Below, in pieces: positions 24,775-37,530 of a stretch of 64,000 nt of DNA. The DNA is from Callorhinchus milii (taxonomy: Eukaryota). Below the pieces are notes generated by a model. The model did no database searches. It saw only the letters and a list, made by a program, of their open reading frames with translations, and had not been told where the DNA came from. The position numbers and the translations under genes are program-made. The stretch's first letter is position 1, and the number at the start of each line of letters is the position of its first letter. The stretch covers positions 11,906,001 through 11,970,000 of the forward strand of contig NW_024704743.1 in assembly GCF_018977255.1 (NCBI RefSeq). The letters are read 5' to 3'.

Positions 24775-26640
24775 TTTTCCGACGTCATTAACCTCTCCTT
24801 GTCCACCGGTTCAGTTCCCACCCCCCTAAAAACAGCCGTCATCACCCCCATCCTGAAAAAACCTTCCCTGGACCCATCCCTCCTCTCCAGCTACCGCCCC
24901 ATCGCTAACCTCCCATTCCTCTCCAAGGTCCTGGAATGAGTCGTTGCGTCCCAGCTCTGCTCCTTTCTTTCTCGCCATTCCCTCTTTGAGCCCCTCTAAT
25001 CCGGCTTCCGCGCTGCCCATAGCATGGAAACAGCCCTGGTCAAAGTCACTAATGACATTCTGAACATCTGTGATCAGGGCTCCCTATGCCTCCTTGTCCT
25101 CCTCGACCTCTCTGCTGCCTTCGACACTGTCGACCACTCCATCCTCATACACCACCTCTCCTCTTACTTAATCTTCGCGGACCTGTGGAGTCCTGTAGCT
25201 CAGTGGTTAGAGCACTCGCTTTGCAAGCGAGAGACCTGAGTTCAATTCCAGGCAGGGCGAAACCTTGGGCAAGTTTCCTTACTCCACACGCCTAATAATA
25301 ATCCCTCCAAAACCAAAAACAATAATAAATTGGTCATTTTCAATCTACGACTGTTTGTGGGACATTGCTGTGCGCAATTGGCTGCCGCGTTCGCCCACAA
25401 ATATACAGTCAATTCACTTTACAGTGTGATCTGTGAAGCGCTTTGGGACGTCCTCCTGACGTGAAAAGCGCTATATCAAATGCAAGGATTATTATTATTA
25501 TTACCTGCCCTTGCCTGGTTCGATTCCTATCTCTCTCACCGACTCCACTTTGTTTCCTCTAACGGTTTCTCCTCCAGCACCCGCACTGTCACATCTGGCG
25601 TCCCCCAGGGCTCTGTCCTTGGCCCTCTCCTCTTTAATATCTACATGCTCCCCCTTGGTGACATCATCCGCAAACATGGGGTCAACTTCCATATGTATGC
25701 GGATGACACCCAACTCTATCTTTCTGCCTCCACCCAGGACCACTGCTGTCCTGACAGACTGCCTGTTGGACATCAAGTCCTGGATGAGGGCAAATTTCCT
25801 ACAGTTGAATGTGAACAAGACTGAGGCCCTCCTGATTGGCTCACACCAGCGCCTCAGCACCTCAGGCTCTGGCAGCATCAACCTCCATAGTTGCACACTA
25901 CAACTCACCAAGCCATCAGGAACCTGGGTGTCTTGTTCGACTCTCAACTGTCTTTTCTTCCCCACATCCAAGCCATGACCCGCTCTGTCTTCCCTCACCT
26001 CCGTAACATCACCCGACTCCGCCACTGCCTCACCCCTCAGGCCACTGAAACTCTTGTTCATGCCTTCATCGCCTCCAGGCTTGACTATGCAAACGCCCTG
26101 CTTGTCAGCCTTCCCAACTCCTCCCTCCACAGGCTGCAGATAATCCAGAACTCTGCAGCCCGTGTCCTCTCCCGCACCAAACTCCGTGACCCCATCTCCC
26201 CCATTCTCCATTGACTCCTATCCTTCAGAGGATCCAGTTCAAGATACTGGTCCTCACCTACAAAGCCCTCAATGGCCTTGCCCCACCCTACCTCTGTGAC
26301 CTCCTAACCCCCTACCACTCCCTCCGCTCAGCTGGCTCTGGCCTGCTCCATGTCCCCCGACCCATCCGCCCCACCATTGGTGGGAGATCCTTCAGCCACT
26401 TTGCCCCCAACCTCTGGAATTCCATCCCCCAATCACTCCGCCTCGCCCCCTCCTTAGCCTCCTTCAAGTCCCGCCTCAAAACCCTCCTCTTCGACCATCG
26501 GTCACCCCCTTTCCCCTCCCTTCTCCCTCCCTGACCCCAGCTCGGGTCTGAAATGCTGTACACTGTCCAGCCCCTTGGGACGTCCTCCCGACTTGAAAGG
26601 TGCTATACAAATGTAATCTTGTTGTTGTTGTTGTTGTTTA
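24775..26640 (+). mobile_element. 5'-truncated L2 LINE (RT, C-terminus and tail), split by a SINE at 25185-25502
   Basis: [52 protein letters not shown] and SRLDYANALL; tail with (ttg)n. Confidence 0.96.
25185..25502 (+). mobile_element. Young short-form tRNA-Ala SINE inserted in L2
   Basis: Full-length copy; acctg at 25181-25185 and 25503-25507. Removing it restores the L2 frame [14 protein letters not shown]. Confidence 0.95.
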
Positions 26641-27031
26641 ATCCTCCAACATACTTCTGTTCCCTCCTTCCCTCAGTAAATGTTGAACTCTCATTTGGTT
26701 TTGAGTTGTGTGAATGACCAATGCTAGAGGATTGAGTGTTGTGAACAATAGAGGCTATATGTATGTGGGTGGTGCAGACAGTAATATAACATGAAAAACT
26801 ATAGCAAAGCACAGCATGGAGGTCAGTAGGAGTAAAAAGGAAAAGACGTTCCAACTCATGTTAAATGAGCCGAGTGTGGATATTAACAATAGTTTCTGTT
26901 TGTACAAACCTTTAAGGACGAAAAGAAAAAATATTAATAATAATAATCCTTAAAAGTCTTTGCATTTGCACCTTTCACATTGGGAGGACGTCTCTAAGCG
27001 TTTCACAGGGTTTACTGTGAAGTGCAGTGAG

Positions 27032-27365
27032 TCCCCTATCAACCTGCCCGCTCCCTCCGCTCAGCCTGCTTCACATCCCTCGTCTCGCCCTTCCCAACAT
27101 TGACCATTGGTGGGTGGGTCTTCCGCCACTTTGCCCCCACCATCTGGAACTCCATCCCACAGTCCCTCCCCCTCACCCCCTCCTTTGCCTCCTTCAAGAA
27201 CCATCTCAAGACTGTCAGCTTCGACCGTGCTTTGAATCACCCTCCTTCTCCCCCCTGCCCTCCACCCTCCCGATCCCGACCCCCAGCTCGGGCCCAAAAC
27301 ATTGACCAGCGCCTTGTCCTCCCAAAGTGAAAGGCGCTATACAAATGTAATTTTTTTGCTGTTGT
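27032..27365 (+). mobile_element. L2 3' fragment
   Basis: TIGGWVFRHFAPTIWNSIPQSL...FKNHLKT followed by the L2 tail. Confidence 0.85.
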
Positions 27366-27593
27366 TTCAATGACGTGATAAGGTGTTATACCAAATGCAA
27401 GGATTATTGTTATTAAAATACATTTTTATTAAAATTAGATTGAAAGTATATGAGTTGGAATAGGGTCGTTGCACATAATGTTTTTAGTGCTTCCTGTCTG
27501 ATGCCTGAATCAGCATGCGGTTAAATAAGCTTTCTGTTAGGGTTATGTTATAGTGTCCACCTTGCTCAGTTGGTAAACATCCTGTTTCTGAGT

Positions 27594-28850
27594 CTGACAC
27601 AAAGTTAGGAGGCACAGTAAATTGTGTAGATGGGAGCAGGAAGTTACAAAGGGATTTTGATAGATTAAGTGAGTGGGCAAACTGTGGCAAATGGAATCCA
27701 ATGTGGGGAAGTGCAAGGTCATCCACTAGTGATCCAAAAATAGCAAAACAGAATATTTTCTAAATGGTGAGAAACTAAGAATTGTGGAAGAATGAAGGGA
27801 TTTGGGTGTCTATGTACACAAATCACTAAAAACAAGCTCACAGGTACAAAACGTTAACAAAAAGGCTAATGAGATATTGGCTTTTATCTGAAGGGGGCTG
27901 GAATATAAAGGAGAGGAAACGATGTTTCAACTGTATAGAGCCTTGGTCAGACCCGATCTGGAGTACGTGTTCAGCTTTGGGCACTGCACTCTAGGAAGGA
28001 TATATTGGCTCTGTAGGGGGTGCAACGCAGATCCACCAGAATGATACCAGGGCTAAAAGGGTTACATTATGAGGATAGGTTGCACAAACTTGGTTTCTAT
28101 TCCCTTGAGTTTAGAAGGTAGAGGGGAATCTGATTGAGGTTTTTATTATAATAAAGGGACTTGTGGAGTCCTGTAGCTCAGTGGTTAGAGCACTCGCTTT
28201 GCAAGCGAGAGACCTGAGTTCAATTCCAGTCAGGGCGAAACCTTGGGCAAGTTTCCTTACTCCACACAGAGCCTAATAATAATCCCTCCAAAACCAAAAA
28301 CAATAATAAAATTGGTTATTTTCAATCTACGACTGTTTGTGGGACATTGCTGTGCGCAATTGGCTGCCGGGTTCGCCCACAAATATACAGTCAATTCACT
28401 TTACAGTATATTCTGTGAAGCACTTTGGGACGTCCTCCCGACGTGAAAAGCGCTATATCAAATGCAAGGATTATTATTATTATTATTATTATTATTATTT
28501 GATAGGGTCGATACAGAGAAACTATTTCCTCTGGAAGGGGAACCCAGAACAAGGGGGCATAATCTTAAAATTAGAGCAAGGCCATTTAGGAGTAAAATTA
28601 GGAGCCAGGTTTTTATGCAAAGGATAGTGGACATCTGGAACTCTCTCCACCAAAAGGCTGTGGATGCTGATCCATTCGCATCTTTCAAGACTGAGGTAGA
28701 TAGATACTTTTTATTTTTTAGGTCAGGGTATTAAGGGATAAAGTTTAAGGGGGGTAATTGGACTTGAAGTACAGATCATCCATGATCTTATAGAATGGCA
28801 GAACGGGCTTGAGGGGCTGAATGGCCTACTCCTGTTTCTATGTTTCTAAG
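27594..28850 (+). mobile_element. CR1 LINE 3' part split by a SINE at 28163-28498
   Basis: gacacaaagttaggaggc encodes DTKLGG; LYRALVRPDLEY; FDRVDTEKLFPLEGEPRTRGHNLKI; CR1 tail ggcctactcctgtttctatgtttct. Confidence 0.9.
28163..28498 (+). mobile_element. Young short-form tRNA-Ala SINE inserted in CR1
   Basis: Full-length copy with a long (tta)n tail. Removing it restores IIKGLDRVDTEK. Confidence 0.95.
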
Positions 28851-29258
28851 GTTGTGGGTTCAAACTCCACACCATAGGTTTGAGCTCATTTAGTCTAGGC
28901 TCAATTCAGTGCTGGGGGAGTGCTGCATTATCAGAGCTGTTGTCCTTCAGATGAGCCTTGTCTTCCTGTTCAGGTCGATGCAAACAACACAATGGTACTA
29001 CTCAAAGAGAAAGGAATTTCTCCCGTGTCCAGTACACAGGAACTGACCGGAGGGAACTCGGGTCAATGGCAGGCTGACTTGGGGGTAGTAGATTGAGTGT
29101 CAGTGCACTGTGATATTGTAAAGCAAGTGATACCACTTAGTGACTCATACCTAGTGTTACCAAATTTCCATTGACATGTCATGTGCAAATGGTGCAGAAG
29201 TATCTCAGTGTGTGATTGTACTGAACTGTAATATAATACCTTATTTTATTATTTTACC

Positions 29259-29618
29259 TGTGGAGCCCTGTAGCTCAGTGGTTACAGCACTTGCCTCACA
29301 AGCGAGAGGACCTGGGTTTGATTCCCAGCAGGGAGAAATGTTGGGCAAATTTCCTTACTCCACATGCTTTTGTTTACCTAGAAGTAAATAGGAACCCAGT
29401 TGTTAGTCGTTTGGCGGATCGATTTTCTGGGGGTAATAATTCCTTCAAAAAAAAATAATAAATTGGTCACTTCAATCCACAACTTTTGTGGGACTCGGCT
29501 GGACACAATTGTGTTTCGCCCACAAAGTATACAGTCAGTTCACTTTACAGTATATTCTGTACAGTGCTTTGAGACATCTCAACGACTATATCGAATGCAA
29601 GGATTATCATTATTATTT
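29259..29618 (+). mobile_element. Long-form tRNA SINE, full length
   Basis: Head gtggagccctgtagctcagtgg, CORE-like middle, shared tail. Confidence 0.88.
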
Positions 29619-29878
29619 GATCTCAGCAATATTGAGTTTAGGTTTCCTGCCTTTAGACCTTATGGTAAATTATTTGGGTACAATTTTGTATAATTACAAT
29701 AACTTGCGGTTGCAATACATGGAATTAGTTATTGGTGTTACCTTGTCAGGCGCCTGGCTCCCAATTCACATATTTGGTCACATAATCCTGTATTATTCCT
29801 TGCACTTCATACAGTGACTCATCATGTTGTCAACATCTTAAAAATGTTTCACAGATTTTACTGTAAAGAGCAGTGACT

Positions 29879-30152
29879 GTCAGCCTCGATCAGTTGGTAG
29901 TGCTCTCGCCTCTGAGCCAGAAGGTTGTAGGTTCAAGTTACATGTTAGGGGGAGTTACCATTCTTTGGACGAAATGTTGAACCCATCGCCGTATTCAGGT
30001 GGACATTAAAGATTCCATGGCACTATTTGAAAAGAGTAGGGAGTTTCTCCTGGTGTCCTGGCCAAAAGGCTCCCAGCTAAAATCAGGCATTCTCTTTGTA
30101 GTTGTTTGTGGGACATCACTGTGTGCAAACTGGCTGCCATGTCTGCCTACAA
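29879..30152 (+). mobile_element. Deu-domain SINE
   Basis: gtcagcctcgatcagttggtagtgctctcgcctctgag...caggtggacattaaagattccatggcactatttgaaaagagtagggag. Confidence 0.8.
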
Positions 30153-30154
30153 AT

Positions 30155-30522
30155 GATAATAGTAATCCTTACATTTGATACAGCGCTTTATCACGTCTTC
30201 GAGATGTCTAAGTGCTTCACAGAATATACTGTAAAGTGAATTGACTATATTTTGTGGGCGAAACGCAGCAGCCAATTGCGCACAGCAGTGTCCCACAAAC
30301 AGTGTGGATTGATGTGATCAACTTATTAATTTTTTTTAAGGAATTATTACCCACGGGAAAGCGATCCGCCAATTGACTAACAACCGGGTTCCTACTTACT
30401 GCTTGGTAAACAGAGGTGTGTGCAGTAAGGAAACTTGCCCAACATTTCGCCCTGGCAGGAATTGAACCCAGGTCTCTCGTTTGCGAGTTGAGTGCTGTAA
30501 CCATTGAGCTACAGGACTCCAC
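30155..30522 (-). mobile_element. Long-form tRNA SINE, full length
   Basis: Reverse complement of the long-form consensus; head ends gagctacaggactccac. Confidence 0.9.
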
Positions 30523-30974
30523 TTGCACAGTTACTACACTTTATAGCAACTACTCGTGAAGCGCTGTATGACGGTTCCAAGTTATAGTCGCTGTATCAAG
30601 TGCAAAAAATGAATATGTTGGTAAATTGGTGGTAAGGAAGGCGGGTGTAGCCGAGCTAATTTATGAGTATTTTGCCTTAGCTTTCACAGAGGAGACGGCT
30701 ACTCCCACAATAGAGCTCAAAAGGGGGAATGAGAACAGCTACAATAAACTCATCACTCCAGGGAAAAAGGACACAGTGACGAGTTATGAGGAGTGGCCAG
30801 TTCGGCATATGTTTAAATGCATAAATAAATAATAATAATAATCTTTGCATTAGCGCCTTACCATGTTGTTGAGCTGTCTCAAAGCACTTCACAAGAATAT
30901 ATTGTAAACTGTCATGACTGTATTTTGAGGGTGAAACGCGACAGCCAATTCATTTTGATAGAAAAAAAAAGGGG

Positions 30975-31672
30975 AAGGAGTATATATCAAATGGCACTAT
31001 CTTGCAAGTAGCTGAGGAGCAAAGGGATTTGGGAGCACAAGAACATAAGTCATTGAAAGTGACATTGCAAGTGACAAAGGCTGTAAAGAAAGTTAATAGT
31101 ACTCTGGGTTTTATACATACAGTACAAAAGTAAGTTTATACAAATCATTGGTTGTTAAGTTGCAGCTTAACTGCGTCCAGTTCTGGGTACCTCTCTTCAG
31201 GAAAGATGTTATGTCCTTGGAGAGGATGCAGAGGAGGCTTGCGAGAATGATTCCAGGGATGGAATGAGGGGAGGTTGGAGAAACTGGTTCTGTTTTCGTT
31301 GGAACAGAGAAGGTTGATGGGACCTGACAGAATCACGAGAGGTTTTGACACCGTAAACAGGAAGAAGTTATTTCCATTGATAGGGGAGTCAGTAGCTCGG
31401 GGACACAATTATGATAGCCACAAGAACAGCGAAAGGAGAATTTTTTCACCCCAAGAGTGGTTGGGATGTGGAACACCCTGTCGTGACACCCTGGCGTGTA
31501 GGGTGGTGGAGACGAAGTCCACTGTAGCTTTCAAGAGGGAAGTAGACAGTCATTGAAAGAGAGGGTATGGGCACAATGCAGAGTGGGGGGCGGTGGGAAT
31601 TGAAGTGATCTCCTTGCACTGGGAGCTGGTAAAGACTTGAAGGGCTGTAGATTTCTATGTTCAATGTTTCAG
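30975..31672 (+). mobile_element. Old CR1 fragment
   Basis: LFSLEQRRL..GFDTVNRKKLFPL..RGHN. Confidence 0.8.
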
Positions 31673-33734
31673 TGTTTGTAGCCCAAAAATACTGTTTAAA
31701 ACTGCGATGCTGGCGCGGAGAGCATAGTACTTGTTTGACCTGTTTACTTTAGTGCATTTTTCCGATGCGTGGGGGCTTGAACTCACAATCTTCTGCCTCT
31801 CAAAGTCGAGGGTGCTCCTGGCTGAGCCAGGCTGAGACACCTAACATATTTCCTGTGTGGCACTTGAAGAGTTTCCCTCTCGGTGGGCCAGCCAAACACT
31901 GAGCCCCTGGAGGCCAGTGCAGTGTTGTATTGATCGATTTGTTAGTTGTGTTGTTCGGGATTGTTGATGAGTAAGGGGGTCTCTGCCTATTGCTCTGTAT
32001 CTGCATTGTGTAGTTTTCCCCTTCTTGCTTCCCCACCCCCAAAAAAGTGATCTGCTCAAGATTAAATAACCATCCTTGTATTTGATAAAGCACCTTTTGC
32101 GTTGCAAGAACGTTTCCAATCACTTCACACTATGATTTATTTGAAAGTGTAGTGATTGTGTATTCTGTAGACGGATGCGCACAGCAACATCCTGCAAACA
32201 GCCATCAATTGAATCACCAATGGGTGTGGGGAGGGGATGGGCAGGATAAGCCAGTCCTGGCTGATACTCCTGCACATCACACCCCCACGCCCACCCCCTC
32301 AAACTTTAGGTAAATGATCCAAGCTCAATGTACCAAACCCATCCCTTGCAGTGAGCTGCTGTCCCAAGCATAAAATTGTGACCCAGTCTCTCACTTTGTT
32401 TCAGGATGGGGAGGGAGAGGAGATTACAACTGATCCACTGTATCCCCTGCAGAGAAAGTGACAGATTTTAAACTCTAATTGCTTTTTGTGTGAATAAAAA
32501 TCCTGTTTTCATATTGAATTAAAATAGAAGTTTGCCCAGAGTTTTTCAAAAATTGTCATTTTTTTTGCCTATATTTTATCGAATAGCTTTTATGGAATAG
32601 TATTTTATAGAATACTAGATAGCTTGCTGAAACAAATGGGGAACACAGTTATTAAGACTCATTAATATGTGTTAGTTGCCTATTTTAATACCTGTGATGT
32701 AACATTAACTTTACTTACCATCTTTTGTGTGAATGTGTACTGATGTGATTGAGCTCAGCGTCAGGCTCTGCCACTGTTAAGCGCCCCGAGATGCTGCCCC
32801 GTGTGAAGGGTGTTATATAAATGCAAGTTGTTGTTGTAAATTGTCACCAACTGGATTCTCTCCTGTTAATATAGTAGCTGAAACAGTTTCACTGATTATC
32901 CAGCTGAAAATTATTTTAATAATAACAATATTTGCATTTGATATATCGCCTTATCACAGTGTTGAGACCGTTTCAAAGCGTTTCACAGGACTTATTACAG
33001 GACATGGAGTACTGTAGCTTAGTGGTTAGAGCACTCGCCTGGCAAGTTGTTAGTCGATTGACAGACTGCTTTTCTGGGGGTAATAATCCCTCAAAAAAAA
33101 GAATAATTTGATCACTCAATCCACGACTGTTTGTAGGACACTGCTGTTTGTAATCGGCTGCCGAGTTTCACCCACAAAATATATAGTATATTCTCTGAAG
33201 TCACTTTATAGTATATTTTGTGAAGCGCTTTGAGATGTCTCGAAGACTTGATCAGGTGCTAAATCGAATGCAGGGATTATTATTACTGTAAAGTGTTAGT
33301 TTGTTAGACTGTTAGTTTGTATGTTTGTGTTTGTGAGTCTCCCCCTCCCCTTCAAGCTCGCTCTCCCGCTCACTCTCTTTCATAAATGCAGCTAATTCAG
33401 ACAGAACAATTTCCCACAGTCCAACCAGGTTGAATTTACTGCTCCCTCCCATTTGTGTCAGTCAGTCAGTCACACTGGCTACTAGCTTTGTGCTGTCTCT
33501 CCGTGCCTAGCACAATTTAATCCCCGGCATCAACACATTGTGAACTGATGGCGCTGGTTCATTTGGAGTGTCCCATCATGTCCATTGGCTCGCAATGTTC
33601 CGCTCAGTGATGTCGCAACAAAGCTTCCATTCGCCTGCTCTTCCAATACTTTTCTGTCTTTAACTTGTCCTGTGACCCATTTCAGTTTCTTGTTCAGTTC
33701 AATCTTTATTTTTTCAAATAGATCCATGGATCCA

Positions 33735-34055
33735 TGGAGTCCTGTAGCTCAGTGGTTAGAGCACTCGCTTTGCAAGCGAGAGACCTGAGTTCAATTCCAG
33801 GCAGAGGGCGAAACCTTGGGCAAGTTTCCTTACTCCACACAGAGCCTAATAATAATCCCTCCAAAACAAAACAATAATAAATTGGTCATTTTCAATCTAC
33901 GACCGTTTGTGGGACATTGCTGTGCGCAATTGGCTGCCGCGTTCGCCCACAAATATACAGTCAATTCACTTTACAGTGTGTTCTGTGAAGCGCTTTGGGA
34001 CGTCCTCCCGACGTGAAAAGCGCTATATCAAATGCAAGGATTATTATTATTATTA
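33735..34055 (+). mobile_element. Young short-form tRNA-Ala SINE
   Basis: Near-identical to the 7990, 25185 and 28163 copies; atgg on both sides. Confidence 0.93.
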
Positions 34056-34839
34056 TGGGGCACAGAAGTAGGTTATTCGGACCATTGGGTTGGTGCTGGC
34101 TCCCTTAACAAACCCCCTCAGTCTTATTTACCTGCCCTTTTCCCATGATCCTGCAGTTGACTCTTTTTAAGGTATTTGTCCAATTCCCACTCCTGGCAGG
34201 ACATTCCATTTCCTTTATTTTTATATTTCCTGACCACTCTGTGCATGAAAATATTTCTCCTAACCTCCCCATTTGCTTGTTTACTAACTATCTTAAATTG
34301 ATGCCGTCTAGTCACCGACCAGTGTAGAGTTTCAGTGTGCTGATTATCTTTGCTGGTGATTATCCTGAGACTTTTTCCCCCCCTCCCACATCCCCTCACA
34401 TTAACAGAATTACATTCTGCAGAGAATGATGTGTTTGACCTTTGCCTGCCCCTGGCTCCATGCCTGAGAACCCCTTTCAGAGGCGTTTGCCTACAAAGCA
34501 CACAGTCACTACACTTTACAGTAAAATCCCGTGAAGCACTTTGAGACATTCTCCTGACTTGATTTATGCTCAATTAAAACACAAGGATTGTTTTATCATT
34601 TATTTGTTGTTTTCAATGAGCATTGTGTGATTTTCTTTTAGCATGATGCTGGATTTGGATAATACAATTATTTTGTTCAGATTTACAAAACCAATACTTA
34701 TCACAGGACGGCACAGAACAGCTGTCTGTACAAGAGGTGGAGGCCATTTGGCCCATCGAGTCTGTTAATGGCAGCGTTTTATCATTTCAATCCTATTCCC
34801 TGCCATTTCCCATGTCCCATGAGACGCTTATTTCACTAG

Positions 34840-35045
34840 TCTTTCTTCTTTTTCTCTTTCTCTCCCTATCATTTTGTCTCTATCTTCCTCTCTCCTCTCT
34901 CTTTCTCTCCCTCTCGTCGTCTTTCTCTTTTTCTCTCTTTCTCTCCCTCTCTCTCTTTCTCTCCCTCTCTCCCCTTTTCTCATCCTCTCTCTTTCTCCCC
35001 CTCTCTCCCCCTGTTTCCTGTTCTTTTTTTCTCCCTCTCTCTCAA
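34840..35045. repeat. (CT)-rich polypyrimidine tract, about 200 bp
   Basis: Directly visible. Confidence 0.9.
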
Positions 35046-35394
35046 GCAATGGAAACAAAGTCTTGACCTGTCATCTCTTGCTTTCTTACCGGCTGCGTTG
35101 AAGTACGTAAGCACAGTGAAGATTATTGATTCAATCGAATTTTATTCGACTTACGCATGTTTGCCTGAAACTTCATGTAAGTCATATTAAATGTTATGGT
35201 GCCGACTGATACGACTTATGTGAGTTCTACAGTTGCACTGCATGGGAGTGAGAGTCTACACTGTGGGTTCAAAGTCTCAACATGGGGCTTGAAACCACAA
35301 GCTTCTAACTCGGGAGGGGAGAGTGCTGTCAAGTGAGACCCGTTAACACCTAAAAGGGAAGTCAGATTTCATTCTTATAGTACAGATTTGCATA

Positions 35395-35800
35395 TAATAA
35401 TTATCCTTACATTTGGTGTTATGCCCTTCACTTCAGGAGGACATCCCAGAGCGCTTCACAGGGTGGTGGTGGTCTAAAGTGGTGTGACTGTGTTTTGTAG
35501 GTAAAACATGGCAGCCAAATTCGCATAGCAGTGTCCCACAAACAGTCATGGCAATCATGCCACAATCATGGCAAGGGAGTAACTCCCTTCGCTTTCAAAG
35601 TGCCATGGAAACTTCAACATCCACCTGAACAGGCAGACGCTGCCTCAGTTAATGTCTCATCTGAAGAACGGCTCAGGCAATGCAACACACGCCCGGCACT
35701 GCATTGGAGTGATAGTATAGACGATATTGATTCCACGTTCCGATGTGGGGCTTGAATCCACAACCTTCTGAGGCAAGAGCGCTACTGATTAGCCAGTCTG
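35395..35800 (-). mobile_element. Deu-domain SINE, near full length
   Basis: gtgccatggaaacttcaacatccacctgaacaggcagacg...ggggcttgaatccacaaccttctg. Confidence 0.8.
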
Positions 35801-36044
35801 ATGCACGTATGAACGATATTTTAAGGTGGTGAGGGTTTGTTATACCTATAGTCAGTTATGCCTTTCACCAGGATGATCCTGAAATTAATTTCATTGTAGT
35901 TTATATGGATCTTTATCGCAATTTCACGTTTTGCCTGTTTTTTTTTAAAAATTAAAAAGACTTGAACTGGCTAGAATTTAAACACACATGGGTGGTTCTG
36001 AAGTCTATCAGATCTGTTGTTTTTGTTTTGGTCAATTCAGTATT

Positions 36045-36328
36045 TGTCACATGTGGAAACCCATTACTGTAAGAGGATCCAAACCAGACTGAGTGTTCAG
36101 TAAATGTGCAAGCCACCTACACATGGAAATACTCCTTTATCTGGAATAGAATGTGCACCCTCTCCCAAAGCCATGTCTTGGGAACCCCAGAGTGTGTGTT
36201 GGGAGTAACTGTTTAGATATCAAGAAGCTGCAGCCACCTAGCTTGCCATTGAGAGCACTGATGGCAACTGTCCGCTGCTTGTCCATCTCGAACAGTAGTG
36301 GCCAACCTTTTTGGTTGGCCAACAAAAT
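36045..36328 (-). mobile_element. Diverged 3' UTR copy of the CCHC non-LTR family
   Basis: gtcacatgtggaaacccattac...ccacctacacatggaaat...gggaaccccagagtgtgtgttggg. Confidence 0.7.
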
Positions 36329-36544
36329 AAATGTATATATTATATTTCTCTCTCTCATTTTCCTGACATGAAAGGCGATATATAAATGCAATTTATTGTT
36401 ATAGGTGTACATACCTTCTTGGTATTATATAGCAGGAGAATATACAATGTATAGTGTGTGTCTCTCTCTCTCTCTATAGGTATCTACCTACCCAGCATTG
36501 TATAGCAAGGGAATATGCATTATATATGGGTAATTCTCTTCAAC

Positions 36545-36725
36545 CGTGCCTTCAGCTCCCCTCTTGACTCTCTACCCCCTTCTCGCTCCCTCCCTTCCCT
36601 CCCCTCACCCTGACCATTTCCCCACTGCTCGGGTCCCGACCCAACTGTCCAGCGCCTTGGGACGTCCTCCCGACGTGAAAAGCGCTCTAAAAATGAAATC
36701 TTGTTGTTGCTGTTGTTATTGTTGT
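36545..36725 (+). mobile_element. L2 3' tail fragment
   Basis: ctgtccagcgccttgggacgtcctcccgacgtgaaaagcgctctaaaaatgaaatcttgttgttg. Confidence 0.85.
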
Positions 36726-37369
36726 AATTGCCTATTCAGTACTGTATATTAGAATATATAAAATATAGGCTCTCTCTCTCTCTCACATGCTCTAGGTAAT
36801 AATCTAGGTTTCAAAAAAAATGTGGTCGCTCAATCCACGACTGTTTGTGGGACACTACTGTGTGCAATTGGCTGCTGCATTTCGTCCACAAAATGCGCAG
36901 TTCAATTAACTTTACAGCATATTCTGTGTATCGCTTTGAGATGTCTCAGAGATGTGATAAGGGGCTATATCAAATGCAAGGATTATTATTATATCATGAG
37001 AATATATATTGTATAGTGTCTCTCTATAAGTATATGCCTATTGTATATAACGGACTCAAATACATATTTTCGATAAGCAGTATGTATCAGGAGAATATAT
37101 ATTATGTAGTCTGTCTCTAATGTATATACCTATTCGGCACAGTATATAATAATAATAATATAGCAATAATCCCTGCATTTAATATAGCACCTTATCACTT
37201 TATTGAGACGTCTCAAAGCGCTTCACAGAATATAGCGTAAAGTGGATTGACTGTATATTTTGTGAACAAAACATATTATATCTCAGGAGAATATACATGA
37301 TATTCTCTATGGGTGTACATATCTACTTGGCGCTCTATGTAACTTTTGTCCTTTCCTTTCCTCCACAGA

Positions 37370-37530
37370 ATGTCATCAGAGGACAGAGGTGTGGAGCTCT
37401 GTGCCCTTGGCCCACAGACTCTCAGTGCTGCTCTGAGGGGCACCACTGCTGACAGCCCCCTCAGTAACGATCGGAGGCCACGTGGACGACCTCGCAAAGA
37501 TGGCACAACTCCTCTGCAGAAAAAGAAGAA
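37370..37530 (+). CDS. KMT2C: First coding exon of a KMT2C/MLL3-like histone H3K4 methyltransferase (AT-hook N-terminus); paralog KMT2D not excluded
   Basis: A polypyrimidine tract and acceptor (ttttgtcctttcctttcctccacag) end at 37368. ATG is at 37370 and the donor gtaagc at 37531, giving 161 coding nt (phase 2). The translation MSSEDRGVELCALGPQTLSAALRGTTADSPLSNDRRPRGRPRKDGTTPLQKKK resembles the recalled human KMT2C start MSSEEDKSVEQ...DKRPRGRPRKDGASPFQRARKK in motif and length. Confidence 0.8.

Noticed and set aside
25186..25260. tRNA-Ala(TGC) gene (also at 7991, 28164 and 33735)
   Set aside because: The cloverleaf-like head is always fused to a SINE body and tail, with no terminator after it.
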